Positions 1 to 7,250 of a stretch of 11,658 bases of DNA are shown piece by piece. The notes beneath the pieces are model-generated. The model made no database searches, was not told where the DNA came from, and saw nothing but the letters and a program-made list of their open reading frames with translations. Each line of letters opens with the position of its first letter. Positions within the stretch are counted from its first letter, which is position 1. Source of the DNA: Acidobacteriota bacterium. GTDB lineage: Bacteria; Acidobacteriota; UBA6911; JACQSX01. The stretch is from the NCBI GenBank assembly GCA_036507075.1, contig DASXQR010000077.1, positions 1 to 11,658 on the forward strand, in the 5' to 3' direction. The translations under genes were made by a program, and so were the position numbers.

Positions 1-167
1 TTTGTGCGTGCCTCGGAAAGACGGAAGAGTCACTTGGCTGGCTCGAGAAGGCGGCCGAGGAGCGCTCCTATGGACTCATTGTCATTCACCTGGAGCCGCT
101 GTTCGACCCACTACATTCCAACAGAAAATTCCGTGATCTGATACAGCGCCTCGGCCTTCCCGAGTGA
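1..167 (+). CDS. Partial CDS (3' end) of a TPR-containing protein of the TolB-N/TPR kinase, adenylate cyclase or wHTH type
   Basis: Hand translation of frame 3 gives CACLGKTEESLGWLEKAAEERSYGLIVIHLEPLFDPLHSNRKFRDLIQRLGLPE*, with TGA at 165-167. This resembles the typical 'WLEKAYEER...DPxFDPLRSDPRFQDLLRRxGL' C-terminus of these proteins. Not in the ORF track because it lacks a start. Confidence 0.75.
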   Translation, partial: CACLGKTEESLGWLEKAAEERSYGLIVIHLEPLFDPLHSNRKFRDLIQRLGLPE

Positions 168-177
168 AGCGACAACA

Positions 178-231
178 ATTACGATTAAAGGGGACTGTCC
201 CCATTACGATTAAAGGGGACTGTCCCCATTA
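178..231. repeat. 25-bp tandem duplication containing the palindrome GGGGAC-T-GTCCCC (REP-like)
   Basis: ATTACGATTAAAGGGGACTGTCCCC occurs at 178-202 and 203-227, followed by ATTA. The palindromes are at 190-202 and 215-227, with a partial GTCCCCAT at 247-254. Confidence 0.9.
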
Positions 232-275
232 ATAATCTCCATACTAGTCCCCATAAAAAAAATACATACTCAGCA

Positions 276-296
276 TGTGGAAAAGTTTGTGCAAAA
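276..296 (-). promoter_or_regulatory. Two tandem DnaA-box consensus matches
   Basis: TGTGGAAAA (276-284) and TGTGCAAAA (288-296). Their reverse complements TTTTCCACA and TTTTGCACA both fit TTWTNCACA, in the same orientation and 3 nt apart. Confidence 0.45.
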
Positions 297-343
297 CTTC
301 GAGGGCGCTCCGCGGTGCACGACCAATCCTGTTGAGCTGCCAT

Positions 344-360
344 TGCACATGTTCTGTGCA
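344..360. promoter_or_regulatory. Dyad TGCACA-N5-TGTGCA, candidate transcription-factor site
   Basis: Perfect inverted repeat at 344-349 and 355-360, centred about 69 nt upstream of the predicted +1 at 421. Confidence 0.4.
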
Positions 361-363
361 GTC

Positions 364-420
364 AAAAAAAGGCGCATTTTTGCGGTTGACTGAAAGAAAC
401 AGCAGTGTACACTGGCCCCC
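364..420 (+). promoter_or_regulatory. sigma70-type promoter with stable-RNA hallmarks
   Basis: -35 TTGACT (386-391), 16-nt spacer, -10 TACACT (408-413), GC-rich discriminator GGCCCCC (414-420), and upstream A/T tracts (364-381). The predicted +1 at G421 coincides with the first base of the terminal stem. Confidence 0.7.
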
Positions 421-667
421 GTCCCAAGAGGTATTGAGAAGCTCGACGGCGGTTGTCGGGCTCGGAAAGCCGGTGGCAGACGTCCCCTGCGGTCGACTGC
501 AAGCCGGTGGAACGAGGCGGCACTTAAGACGTCGAGGAAGCCGGCGACAGTTGCTGGACGCGGGCCTGACCATAAACATTGGGTCCTCTTCGGAGGAGCG
601 AATGGGCCAGGAGAAACGAGGTCCTGCACATAAGGCGCCGGCAGAAAATCTTAGTATCACTTGGGAC
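421..667 (+). ncRNA. Candidate ~247-nt structured non-coding RNA, family not recognised
   Basis: 421-439 pairs with 649-667 (18 of 19 pairs, 3 of them G-U on the + strand). There is a cUUCGg hairpin at 584-597 and further internal helices, a promoter directly upstream and a U-tract directly downstream. No credible ORF covers it. Confidence 0.7.
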
Positions 668-687
668 TTTTTGTTTCCTGCCGAAAA

Positions 688-831
688 AAAAAAACGGAAC
701 CGCCAAGAACGCAAAGGGCGCCAAGACCCTGAATTGAACGCTGGCGTGAAAAGATTTGGAGCGAAAAGGGTCACGGTACTGTTTAATTAATCACTTCGCG
801 CCCTTGGCGTTCTTGGCGGTTCAGTTTTTTT
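688..831. repeat. Inverted pair of 9-bp-periodic arms (AACCGCCAAGAACGC family); possible bidirectional terminator or processing hairpin
   Basis: 688-721 versus 798-831 is a 34-bp inverted repeat with 2 mismatches, ending in A and T tracts. It lies between the convergent ncRNA and beta-subunit gene. Confidence 0.85.
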
Positions 832-837
832 GAAAGT

Positions 838-1875
838 TTACATCAGCTCGGACATGATTTCGTCCAGAGCTTCCTTGCTGGGACGGACTTTGTCCTGCGG
901 AAGAGTTGACAGCGGTTCATCCACCAGGTTCATCAGCGTTACAAAATCTTCTGTGATCGGGTTGACGTAAATCAATCCGGTCAGAAATTCGTTGTTTTCC
1001 CTTGTTTCCTCAAGCATTCGCATCGCTCCCAGGCGGCTCATCGGGTCGTAGTCGCGAGTGAGCTTCTTCAAACGGATATGCGATCCATCGTGCAGGACCA
1101 CGTCTCGGGTTGTGCCTTCGTCGTAGTCGACAGTGATCGGCTCGAAATAAGGAATAAAACCGACTTCATGAAGCAGCTCTTCATGCTCTTTGGCGTAATC
1201 GTAACTCTTGGTCGAACCGGGATGGTTGTTAAAAGTAACGCAGGGACTGATCACGTCAATCAGAGCGGTTCCGCGATGTGAAATTGCTCCTTTGAGCAGC
1301 GCAACCAGTTGTTTCGGGTCTCCCGCAAAGGAGCGGGCCACGTATCCGCATCCTAGTTCGATGGCCAACTGGCAGCAATCAATCGGTGGCAAAGGATTTG
1401 ACACCCCGGATTTTGACGTCGAGCCTCTATCAGCGGTGGCTGAAAACTGCCCTTTGGTAAGGCCGTAAACCCCGTTGTTCTCGATCACATAAACCATTGG
1501 AACATTGCGCCGCACCAGATGAACGAATTGCCCGATGCCGATCGAGGCGGTATCGCCGTCTCCGGTAACTCCGATTCCCAGCAGTGTCGCATTGGCTGCC
1601 ATCACGCCGGTGGCAACCGACGGCATTCGTCCATGGACAGAATTAAATCCATGAGAACGGTTCAGGAAATAAGCCGGGGTCTTGCTGGAACAGCCAATTC
1701 CGCTTAGCTTTGCGACCCGGTGCGGCTCAATCCCCAATTCGTAAAACGCCTTGATGATCTGACTGGTGATCGCATCGTGGCCGCATCCGGCGCAGAGGGT
1801 CGATTCCAGGCCTTTGTAGTCGGCCAGCGTGAGCCCCAAACGATTTGTTTTTGGTTTGCTCTCTACAGTTGCCAT
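838..1875 (-). CDS. korB: 2-oxoacid:ferredoxin oxidoreductase beta subunit (TPP-binding)
   Basis: Motifs LCAGCGH, SGIGCSS, HGR, GDGD...NNGVYGLTKGQFS and SPCVTFN; AGGAG just upstream, within the end of the alpha gene. Substrate specificity cannot be determined from sequence. Confidence 0.93.
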   Translation of the reverse strand: MATVESKPKTNRLGLTLADYKGLESTLCAGCGHDAITSQIIKAFYELGIEPHRVAKLSGIGCSSKTPAYFLNRSHGFNSVHGRMPSVATGVMAANATLLGIGVTGDGDTASIGIGQFVHLVRRNVPMVYVIENNGVYGLTKGQFSATADRGSTSKSGVSNPLPPIDCCQLAIELGCGYVARSFAGDPKQLVALLKGAISHRGTALIDVISPCVTFNNHPGSTKSYDYAKEHEELLHEVGFIPYFEPITVDYDEGTTRDVVLHDGSHIRLKKLTRDYDPMSRLGAMRMLEETRENNEFLTGLIYVNPITEDFVTLMNLVDEPLSTLPQDKVRPSKEALDEIMSELM

Positions 1876-1877
1876 GT

Positions 1878-3728
1878 CTACTTGTTTCTCTCCTGATCCA
1901 GAATTGCATCCGTTACCGAGCGGGCGTCCAATGGAAGTCCGTTATAGTGCAGAACGCTGCGGATTTTCGTAATGTCCCCGCTGACGTGAAGCTTGACCAG
2001 GTCGGCCATCTGCCCGTCACGGTTCTGTTCGACGACATAAATCCGGTCGTGATCGCGGACGAATTGCGAAAGATCCTCGTTCAAGGGCAGCGCCCGGATC
2101 CGCAGGTAATCCGCTTCTATATTCTGTTCGTTTCGCAGTTGATCGCGGCTCTCCTCTACTCCCCAGTGGCTGCTTCCGAACGCGATAATCCCAATTTCGG
2201 CATTCCTGCCGTTGCTGCTGATTAGCGGCGCGGGAACTGAGAGCCGGGCAGTTTCAAATTTTCTGGCCAGACGGTCCATCAGGTTCTTGTAGTCTTCCGG
2301 CCTCTCGGTGTACTGCGCATTTTCATTGTGCCCGCTTCCCCGCGTAAAGTAAGCGGCCAACGGGCTCTTTGTTCCCGGCAGCGTGCGCCAGGGAATAGCG
2401 TCGCCGTCCACGTCCCGGTAGCGTTCAAATTTCCCCAGTTTTTCCAATTCTTCAGCCGTCAGAATTTTGCCTCGCTGGATCGGGTTTTCCGGATAGGGGA
2501 AGGGATCAGACATCCAGTTGTTCATTCCCAGATCAAGGTCGGAGCAGACAAAGACCGGTGTCTGAAGTTTTTCGGCCAACTCGAAGGCCTCCAGCGCCAT
2601 TGTGAAACATTCCTCAACCGATGCAGGAAACAGCAGGACGTGGCGCGTGTCGCCGTGGGAAAGGAAAGCCGTCGAAAGCACATCACCCTGTGAAGTGCGC
2701 GTCGGCAGGCCCGTGCTGGGGCCGACTCGCTGGATATCAAAGATGACCGCGGGAATCTCGGCAAAATATCCAAGGCCTGCGAATTCGGCCATCAGCGAAA
2801 TTCCCGGCCCGGAGGTTGATGTCATGGCGCGCGCTCCGGCCCATGAAGCCCCCAGAACCATCCCCAACGCCGCCAGTTCATCCTCCGCTTGAATCACCGC
2901 ATATGTCGCTTTACCTGTTTCTTTATCGTTTCGGAACCGACCGAGATAATCAATCAACGATTCACAGAGCGAGCTGGAAGGCGTTATCGGGTACCAGGTT
3001 GCGACGGTTACTCCACCGAACATCGCTCCCAGCGCGCAAGCTGCGTTGCCGTCGATGATGATTTTGCCCGCGGTCTTGTTCATCCGCTGCAGGTTGAACC
3101 GATCGCGTTTTGCGAGATTCTTCATGGCAAAATCAAAACCGCGGTCCACCGCCTGGATATTCAATTCGGCTGCCTTGGGCTTGGTCTTGAACTGTTTGCG
3201 AACCGCCTTGTGGATTTCCTCGATTTCAACCTGGAGCAACTGGCCTGTGGCGCCGACGTAAACCATGTTGGCCAGCAGCTTTCGAAGCTTTACTTCGGAT
3301 GTAACCTCGGCGGCCAGCTTGGCGAACGGCACTGGATAGAAGACAAGGTCGCTCCGGATGTCGCCCAGCTTCAGTGCCTCTTCGTAAATGACAACCGATC
3401 CCGGCTGAAGTCCCGCGACATCCTCGCGAGCCGTATCCGCATTCATTGCCACCAGGACGTCAATTTCTTTCTTGCGAGCAATGTATCCGTCTTTGTTGGC
3501 GCGGATGGTAAACCAGGTTGGCAGGCCGGCAATATTGGAGGGGAACAGATTTTTCCCGCTCACGGGAATTCCCATCTGGAATATCGAGCGAATCAGCACG
3601 TTGTTGCTGCTCTGGCTGCCGGAGCCATTCACGGTAGCAACCTGAATGCTGAAATCGTTTATGACCGGTTCTTCTCTTTTTTTCTTTAGAGTCTCATCCG
3701 CATACGCGGTCTGAACACTGGAAGCCAA
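1878..3728 (-). CDS. korA: 2-oxoacid:acceptor oxidoreductase alpha subunit (gamma-alpha fusion); start revised to TTG at 3728
   Basis: Motifs NGSGSQS, YPITPSS, QAEDELAA, TSGPGISLM and QRVGPSTGLPT. SD AAAGGAG (3743-3737) lies 8 nt before an in-frame TTG at 3728, whereas the track's GTG at 3755 has no SD. Confidence 0.92.
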   Translation of the reverse strand: MASSVQTAYADETLKKKREEPVINDFSIQVATVNGSGSQSSNNVLIRSIFQMGIPVSGKNLFPSNIAGLPTWFTIRANKDGYIARKKEIDVLVAMNADTAREDVAGLQPGSVVIYEEALKLGDIRSDLVFYPVPFAKLAAEVTSEVKLRKLLANMVYVGATGQLLQVEIEEIHKAVRKQFKTKPKAAELNIQAVDRGFDFAMKNLAKRDRFNLQRMNKTAGKIIIDGNAACALGAMFGGVTVATWYPITPSSSLCESLIDYLGRFRNDKETGKATYAVIQAEDELAALGMVLGASWAGARAMTSTSGPGISLMAEFAGLGYFAEIPAVIFDIQRVGPSTGLPTRTSQGDVLSTAFLSHGDTRHVLLFPASVEECFTMALEAFELAEKLQTPVFVCSDLDLGMNNWMSDPFPYPENPIQRGKILTAEELEKLGKFERYRDVDGDAIPWRTLPGTKSPLAAYFTRGSGHNENAQYTERPEDYKNLMDRLARKFETARLSVPAPLISSNGRNAEIGIIAFGSSHWGVEESRDQLRNEQNIEADYLRIRALPLNEDLSQFVRDHDRIYVVEQNRDGQMADLVKLHVSGDITKIRSVLHYNGLPLDARSVTDAILDQERNK

Positions 3729-3750
3729 TGAGGAAACTCCTTTCGCTCGT

Positions 3751-3772
3751 TTCACTTCACCAATGAAGTGAA
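3751..3772. promoter_or_regulatory. Perfect dyad TTCACTTCA-CCAA-TGAAGTGAA just upstream of the korA SD
   Basis: 9-bp arms at 3751-3759 and 3764-3772. Confidence 0.45.
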
Positions 3773-3916
3773 GCGAACAATCAATTCTAAATCATCCGTG
3801 GCCGCGGCTCAAGTGCACCGGCCCCCCGCGGTGTCCGGAATGAGATGACGGGGCGTGAGTTTACGGCATCGAGTCGAAGAAAAATGTGATCCTGGAGCCA
3901 CCAGCGGCTTCGCCGC

Positions 3917-4008
3917 GCGGAGAGACGTCCTGAGGGACGTCTCAGGGAATGTCGCAGGATTCCCTGTCGCCGACTTCGCCCGAGACGGCCATCGGGCCGT
4001 CTCTCCAC
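3917..4008. repeat. REP-like doublet (GGAGAGACG...CGTCTC type) with a central hairpin
   Basis: Hairpins GAGACGTCC-TGAG-GGACGTCTC (3922-3943), CAGGGAAT..ATTCCCTG (3943-3966) and GAGACGGCC-ATCG-GGCCGTCTC (3982-4003). The outer GGAGAGACG and CGTCTCTCC are inverted. Confidence 0.75.
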
Positions 4009-4028
4009 ACTCAAAAATGTCCAAACCC

Positions 4029-4094
4029 AGCGTCGGCCTCTGCTCTGGCCGGCATTTTCGTCGGTGGAAGGGCCGGCCGGAGGCCGGCGCTACA
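4029..4094. repeat. GTAG-family REP doublet
   Basis: The minus strand of 4072-4093 reads GTAGCGCCGGCCTCCGGCCGGC (GTAG plus a GC palindrome). A degenerate inverted partner AGCGTCGGCCTC..TGGCCGGC lies at 4029-4053. Confidence 0.7.
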
Positions 4095-4169
4095 GGTTTT
4101 CACGCAGACTCATCCGGGGACAATCGGATATAAGCCAAACTTAATCGTTGATTTGATATTTTTTACGCG

Positions 4170-4445
4170 ATGGAAGACGAACCCGTCAGGATTCCGATCG
4201 AGGACGTGCTGGACCTGCATACATTTGCGCCTGCCGAGATTGAATCCGTTGTAGAAGAGTACCTGCTGGCGGCGAGGGAGAAATTTCATTCCGTGCGCCT
4301 GATACACGGAAAAGGCATCGGCTTTCAGCGCGATCGAGTGCGTCGATTGTTGGGCCGGCTGGATTTCATTGAACGCTTTCACGATGCGCCGGAACAGGCC
4401 GGCGGCTGGGGGGCGACCATCGTGTTCTTTAGAGCCAGGTTCTGA
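4170..4445 (+). CDS. Stand-alone Smr/MutS2 C-terminal domain protein
   Basis: LDLH, VRLIHGKGIG and GGWGATIV motifs of the Smr domain; 91 aa. Confidence 0.9.
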   Translation: MEDEPVRIPIEDVLDLHTFAPAEIESVVEEYLLAAREKFHSVRLIHGKGIGFQRDRVRRLLGRLDFIERFHDAPEQAGGWGATIVFFRARF

Positions 4446-4471
4446 GAATCGTGAAAAATCCATCGCGAATT

Positions 4472-4499
4472 TTCGCGCTTTCGCGCCTTCGCGGTTCAA
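4472..4499. repeat. Solo arm of the 9-bp-periodic family
   Basis: TTCGCGCTTTCGCGCCTTCGCGGTTCAA, with the same GCGGTTCA end as 815-823 and 6074-6081. No long partner arm is visible. Confidence 0.65.
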
Positions 4500-4645
4500 T
4501 CCGGCATTCTAATTTACTTTTCATCGCCATCAGTCTTAAACTTGCCCGGCTCTAGCGGCCCCGGGGAGTCGTCTGAAACACGCTGGATCTTTCACCAACG
4601 GCTTTCCCAATCGGCGGCTGTCACAAGGTTCAGACTCCAACCCAT

Positions 4646-5878
4646 ATGCATATGGCCATCTTGATTCGATTCGTGCCCCTTCTCGGAATCATCACCATGC
4701 TGGCGATCGCCTTTCTCTTTTCCACCGACCGAAAAGCCGTCAGCGGCAGAGTAATAGCCTGGGGATTGGGGCTGCAGTTTCTTTTTGCCCTGCTGGTCCT
4801 GGAGACGCCGTACGGGCGAATCGCCTTTGAAAAGATGGGATACGGGGTCAATAAGCTGCTGTCCTTTGCCACGGAAGGTTCGCGATTTGTCTTTGGCCCC
4901 CTTGGAGTCTCCCCGAACAGCATCGGTTTTATTTTTGCGTTTCAGGTGCTTCCCACAATCATCTTTGTGGCCGCCCTGTTTGCGGTGCTTTACTACCTTG
5001 GCGTGATGCAGGTGATTGTGGCGTTGTTTGCGCGAATGATGACGCGCGTGATGAATGCCAGCGGAGCTGAATCTTTGAACGTGGCTGCCAGCGTTTTTAT
5101 GGGCCAGACAGAAGCGCCTCTCACTATCCGGCCGTTTCTGAATCAGATGACGCGGTCAGAACTGATGACCGTGATGACGTCGGGCATGGCGCACGTTTCC
5201 GGCGGCATCATGGCCGCTTACATTGCTTTCGGAATCGAAGCGCGCCATCTGCTCACGGCCGTGATAATGACCGCTCCCGGCACAATCATGATCTCCAAGA
5301 TCTTTGTGCCCGAGACGGAAGAGCCGAAGACACGGGGAAAGGTTACTCTGGTAACCGAGAAGCCGGATGCAAATATCCTGGACGCTGCGGCTCGCGGCAC
5401 GATCGACGGCCTGCACCTGGCACTGAATGTCGCCGCCATGCTGATTTCCTTTCTGGCGCTGGTCGCCTTGTTGAATTTCGTCCTGGGAAAGGCGGGAGAT
5501 GTTGTAAGGATGCCGGGACTGAGCCTGCAGCAAATCCTTGGCTGGGTATTTGCCCCCTTCGCTTTCCTGGTCGGAATTCCCTGGCGGGACGCCATGCAAG
5601 TAGGCAGCCTGATGGGCACGCGCATGGTATTAAACGAGCTGATTGCCTTCTCAGAACTGGGCAAGCTGAAGGGGGTACTGGAACCCCGCAGCTTCACCAT
5701 TGCAACTTTCGCGCTTTGCGGGTTCGCCAACATTAGTTCTGTTGGAATACAAATCGGCGGCATCGGCGCCCTGGCTCCCGAGCGTAAACACGAATTAGCC
5801 AAGCTTGGATTTAGGGCAATGATCGCCGGCACCATGGCCAACTTCATCTCGGCCTGCATCGCGGGGATCCTGCTTTGA
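4646..5878 (+). CDS. nupC: NupC/NupG-family concentrative nucleoside transporter (CNT)
   Basis: FAFQVLPTIIF, FMGQTEAPL, LNELIAF, FALCGFANISSVGIQIGG and hydrophobic profile. The start may be the ATG at 4652. Confidence 0.92.
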   Translation: MHMAILIRFVPLLGIITMLAIAFLFSTDRKAVSGRVIAWGLGLQFLFALLVLETPYGRIAFEKMGYGVNKLLSFATEGSRFVFGPLGVSPNSIGFIFAFQVLPTIIFVAALFAVLYYLGVMQVIVALFARMMTRVMNASGAESLNVAASVFMGQTEAPLTIRPFLNQMTRSELMTVMTSGMAHVSGGIMAAYIAFGIEARHLLTAVIMTAPGTIMISKIFVPETEEPKTRGKVTLVTEKPDANILDAAARGTIDGLHLALNVAAMLISFLALVALLNFVLGKAGDVVRMPGLSLQQILGWVFAPFAFLVGIPWRDAMQVGSLMGTRMVLNELIAFSELGKLKGVLEPRSFTIATFALCGFANISSVGIQIGGIGALAPERKHELAKLGFRAMIAGTMANFISACIAGILL

Positions 5879-5920
5879 GAGGATTTTTTGAACTTTCCGG
5901 GCCGCGCGCTGCTCAGAAGT

Positions 5921-6092
5921 GTGAAAGAAATGGAACCGCCAAGAGCGCCCAGGCTCAAAATGGAATTAAACAACTTGCATCCGGCAAACAATTCAAAATA
6001 CTAGAACAAGTGCAACGTCGACAGAGAATCCACCAAAGGGATCCTTATCCTCTTGGCGCTCTTGGCGTTCCTGGCGGTTCAATCTTTTTCAC
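5921..6092. repeat. Inverted pair of 9-bp-periodic arms around an AT-richer spacer
   Basis: GTGAAAGAAATGGAACCGCCAAGAGCGCCCAGG (5921-5953) versus 6060-6092, an imperfect inverted repeat. The right arm has an extra 9-mer at 6051-6059. Confidence 0.8.
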
Positions 6093-6149
6093 CTGCACGT
6101 CTTGGTTACGCCGATTTGACTTTTTTCCCGAAACTGTGAGACTGGACGG

Positions 6150-7250
6150 GTGAAGACGAATGTCTATCAAATCTGGATCAGCCTGCTCAATCGTCCTGTC
6201 CGCAGCGTCGTCAGCATCGTCGCCATCGGAATTGAAGTAGCCATGATGCTTTCCTTTGTCGGCATTACCAGCGGCATCCTGCAGGACTTTGGCCGAAGAG
6301 TTCAGGGAGTGGGAGCCGATGCCATTATTCAACCTCCGAACGCCTCGCTGCTGCTTTCCCTGGGCGGCGCCTCGATGCCGATCAAAATCCGAGATAAGAT
6401 TTTAGAGTTGAAGCAGGTAAAACAGGCCGCGCCGGTGCTGGTCGCCCTGGATACTGAAAAGGGCTTTGATATGATCTATGGGGTTGATTTTACCAGCTTT
6501 AGCGGGCTGGGCCGCGGCTTCCGCTTTGTAAGCGGTGCCTTACCGCGGTCGGCGAATGAGGTCCTGATCGACGACTTCAAATCCCGGTCACAGGGGATGA
6601 AGGTCGGCAGCCGGGTCCGGCTGTTGGGTCATGACTTCACGGTCAGCGGGATTGTTGAACATGGTCGGGGAGCGCGTTTCTTTCTGCCGATTTCAGCTTT
6701 GCAGGAAATTACGGGCTCTGGAGACAAAGTAACGCTTTTCTTTGTCGAGTCCAGGGGAGATGTTCCGGCGCTGCTTGCCGAGCTGAAACAGATTTTTGCC
6801 GGATACAAGATTCTTGCTGTTGATGAATACGCGACTTTAATGTCCACCACCAATTTCTCTGAAATTCAACTTTCGCTCCGAATTATCGTCTTTCTCGCTG
6901 CCCTGATCGGCTTTTTGATCATTCTGATGACCATGTACACTTCCGTTATGGACAGAATTACCGAAATCGGAGTACGGCGCGTCGTCGGGGCCAAAAGAAG
7001 AGACATCATGCGTCAGATGCTTACGGAGGCCTGCGCGCTGGTACTGCTCGGTTATCTTTTGGGTATCGGCACAACCTATCTGCTGAAGACCTCCCTGGCG
7101 ATCAGCAAGCCCACTCTTTCGATCTTGATACGTCCCGACTGGGTGGCAAAATCCGGTTTGATCGCGCTGGCCAGCGCTCTGCTTGGCGCCACATATCCGG
7201 CCTATCATGCCTCTCGGATCGATCCAGTCCGAGCCGTTGCTTATGAATGA
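6150..7250 (+). CDS. ABC transporter permease, MacB-periplasmic/FtsX family
   Basis: N-terminal TM after RPVRS, a large extracytoplasmic domain, the motif SVMDRITEIGVRRVVGA, and a C-terminal YPAYHASRIDPVRAV; GTG start. Confidence 0.88.
   Translation: MKTNVYQIWISLLNRPVRSVVSIVAIGIEVAMMLSFVGITSGILQDFGRRVQGVGADAIIQPPNASLLLSLGGASMPIKIRDKILELKQVKQAAPVLVALDTEKGFDMIYGVDFTSFSGLGRGFRFVSGALPRSANEVLIDDFKSRSQGMKVGSRVRLLGHDFTVSGIVEHGRGARFFLPISALQEITGSGDKVTLFFVESRGDVPALLAELKQIFAGYKILAVDEYATLMSTTNFSEIQLSLRIIVFLAALIGFLIILMTMYTSVMDRITEIGVRRVVGAKRRDIMRQMLTEACALVLLGYLLGIGTTYLLKTSLAISKPTLSILIRPDWVAKSGLIALASALLGATYPAYHASRIDPVRAVAYE

Noticed and set aside
178..231. CRISPR array
   Set aside because: Only two abutting repeats, with no spacer and no cas genes.
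255..300. Replication origin (oriC)
   Set aside because: Only two DnaA-box matches, and no dnaA, dnaN or other origin-linked genes in the window.
421..667. RNase P, tmRNA or SRP identity for the candidate RNA
   Set aside because: GAGGAAGCCGG (534-544) only loosely resembles the RNase P GAGGAAAGTCC motif and the 3' ACAGAA..CGGCTTA partner is missing. There are no tRNA-like ends or CCA, and no SRP GGAAGCAGC-type domain IV. 6S is not excluded.
244..790. ORFs 275..790 (+), 244..774 (-), 270..629 (-) and 524..724 (-) as proteins
   Set aside because: No recognisable motifs. The longest run through promoter elements, homopolymer tracts and repeat arms, and the region is better explained by promoter, structured RNA and hairpin.
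3787..4254. Small ORFs in the korA-smr intergenic region
   Set aside because: They are composed largely of REP palindromes and show no protein motifs.
5875..6153. 92-aa ORF bridging nupC and the permease (also 11030..11230, 8897..9088, 9013..9207)
   Set aside because: The translations (TAKSAQ, TAKNAKNA, TTDHGQLTTD, SVVSCPWSVV) are read-outs of the 9-bp and 7-bp repeat arms. The 4-nt overlaps at both ends of 5875..6153 are noted but are not enough support.
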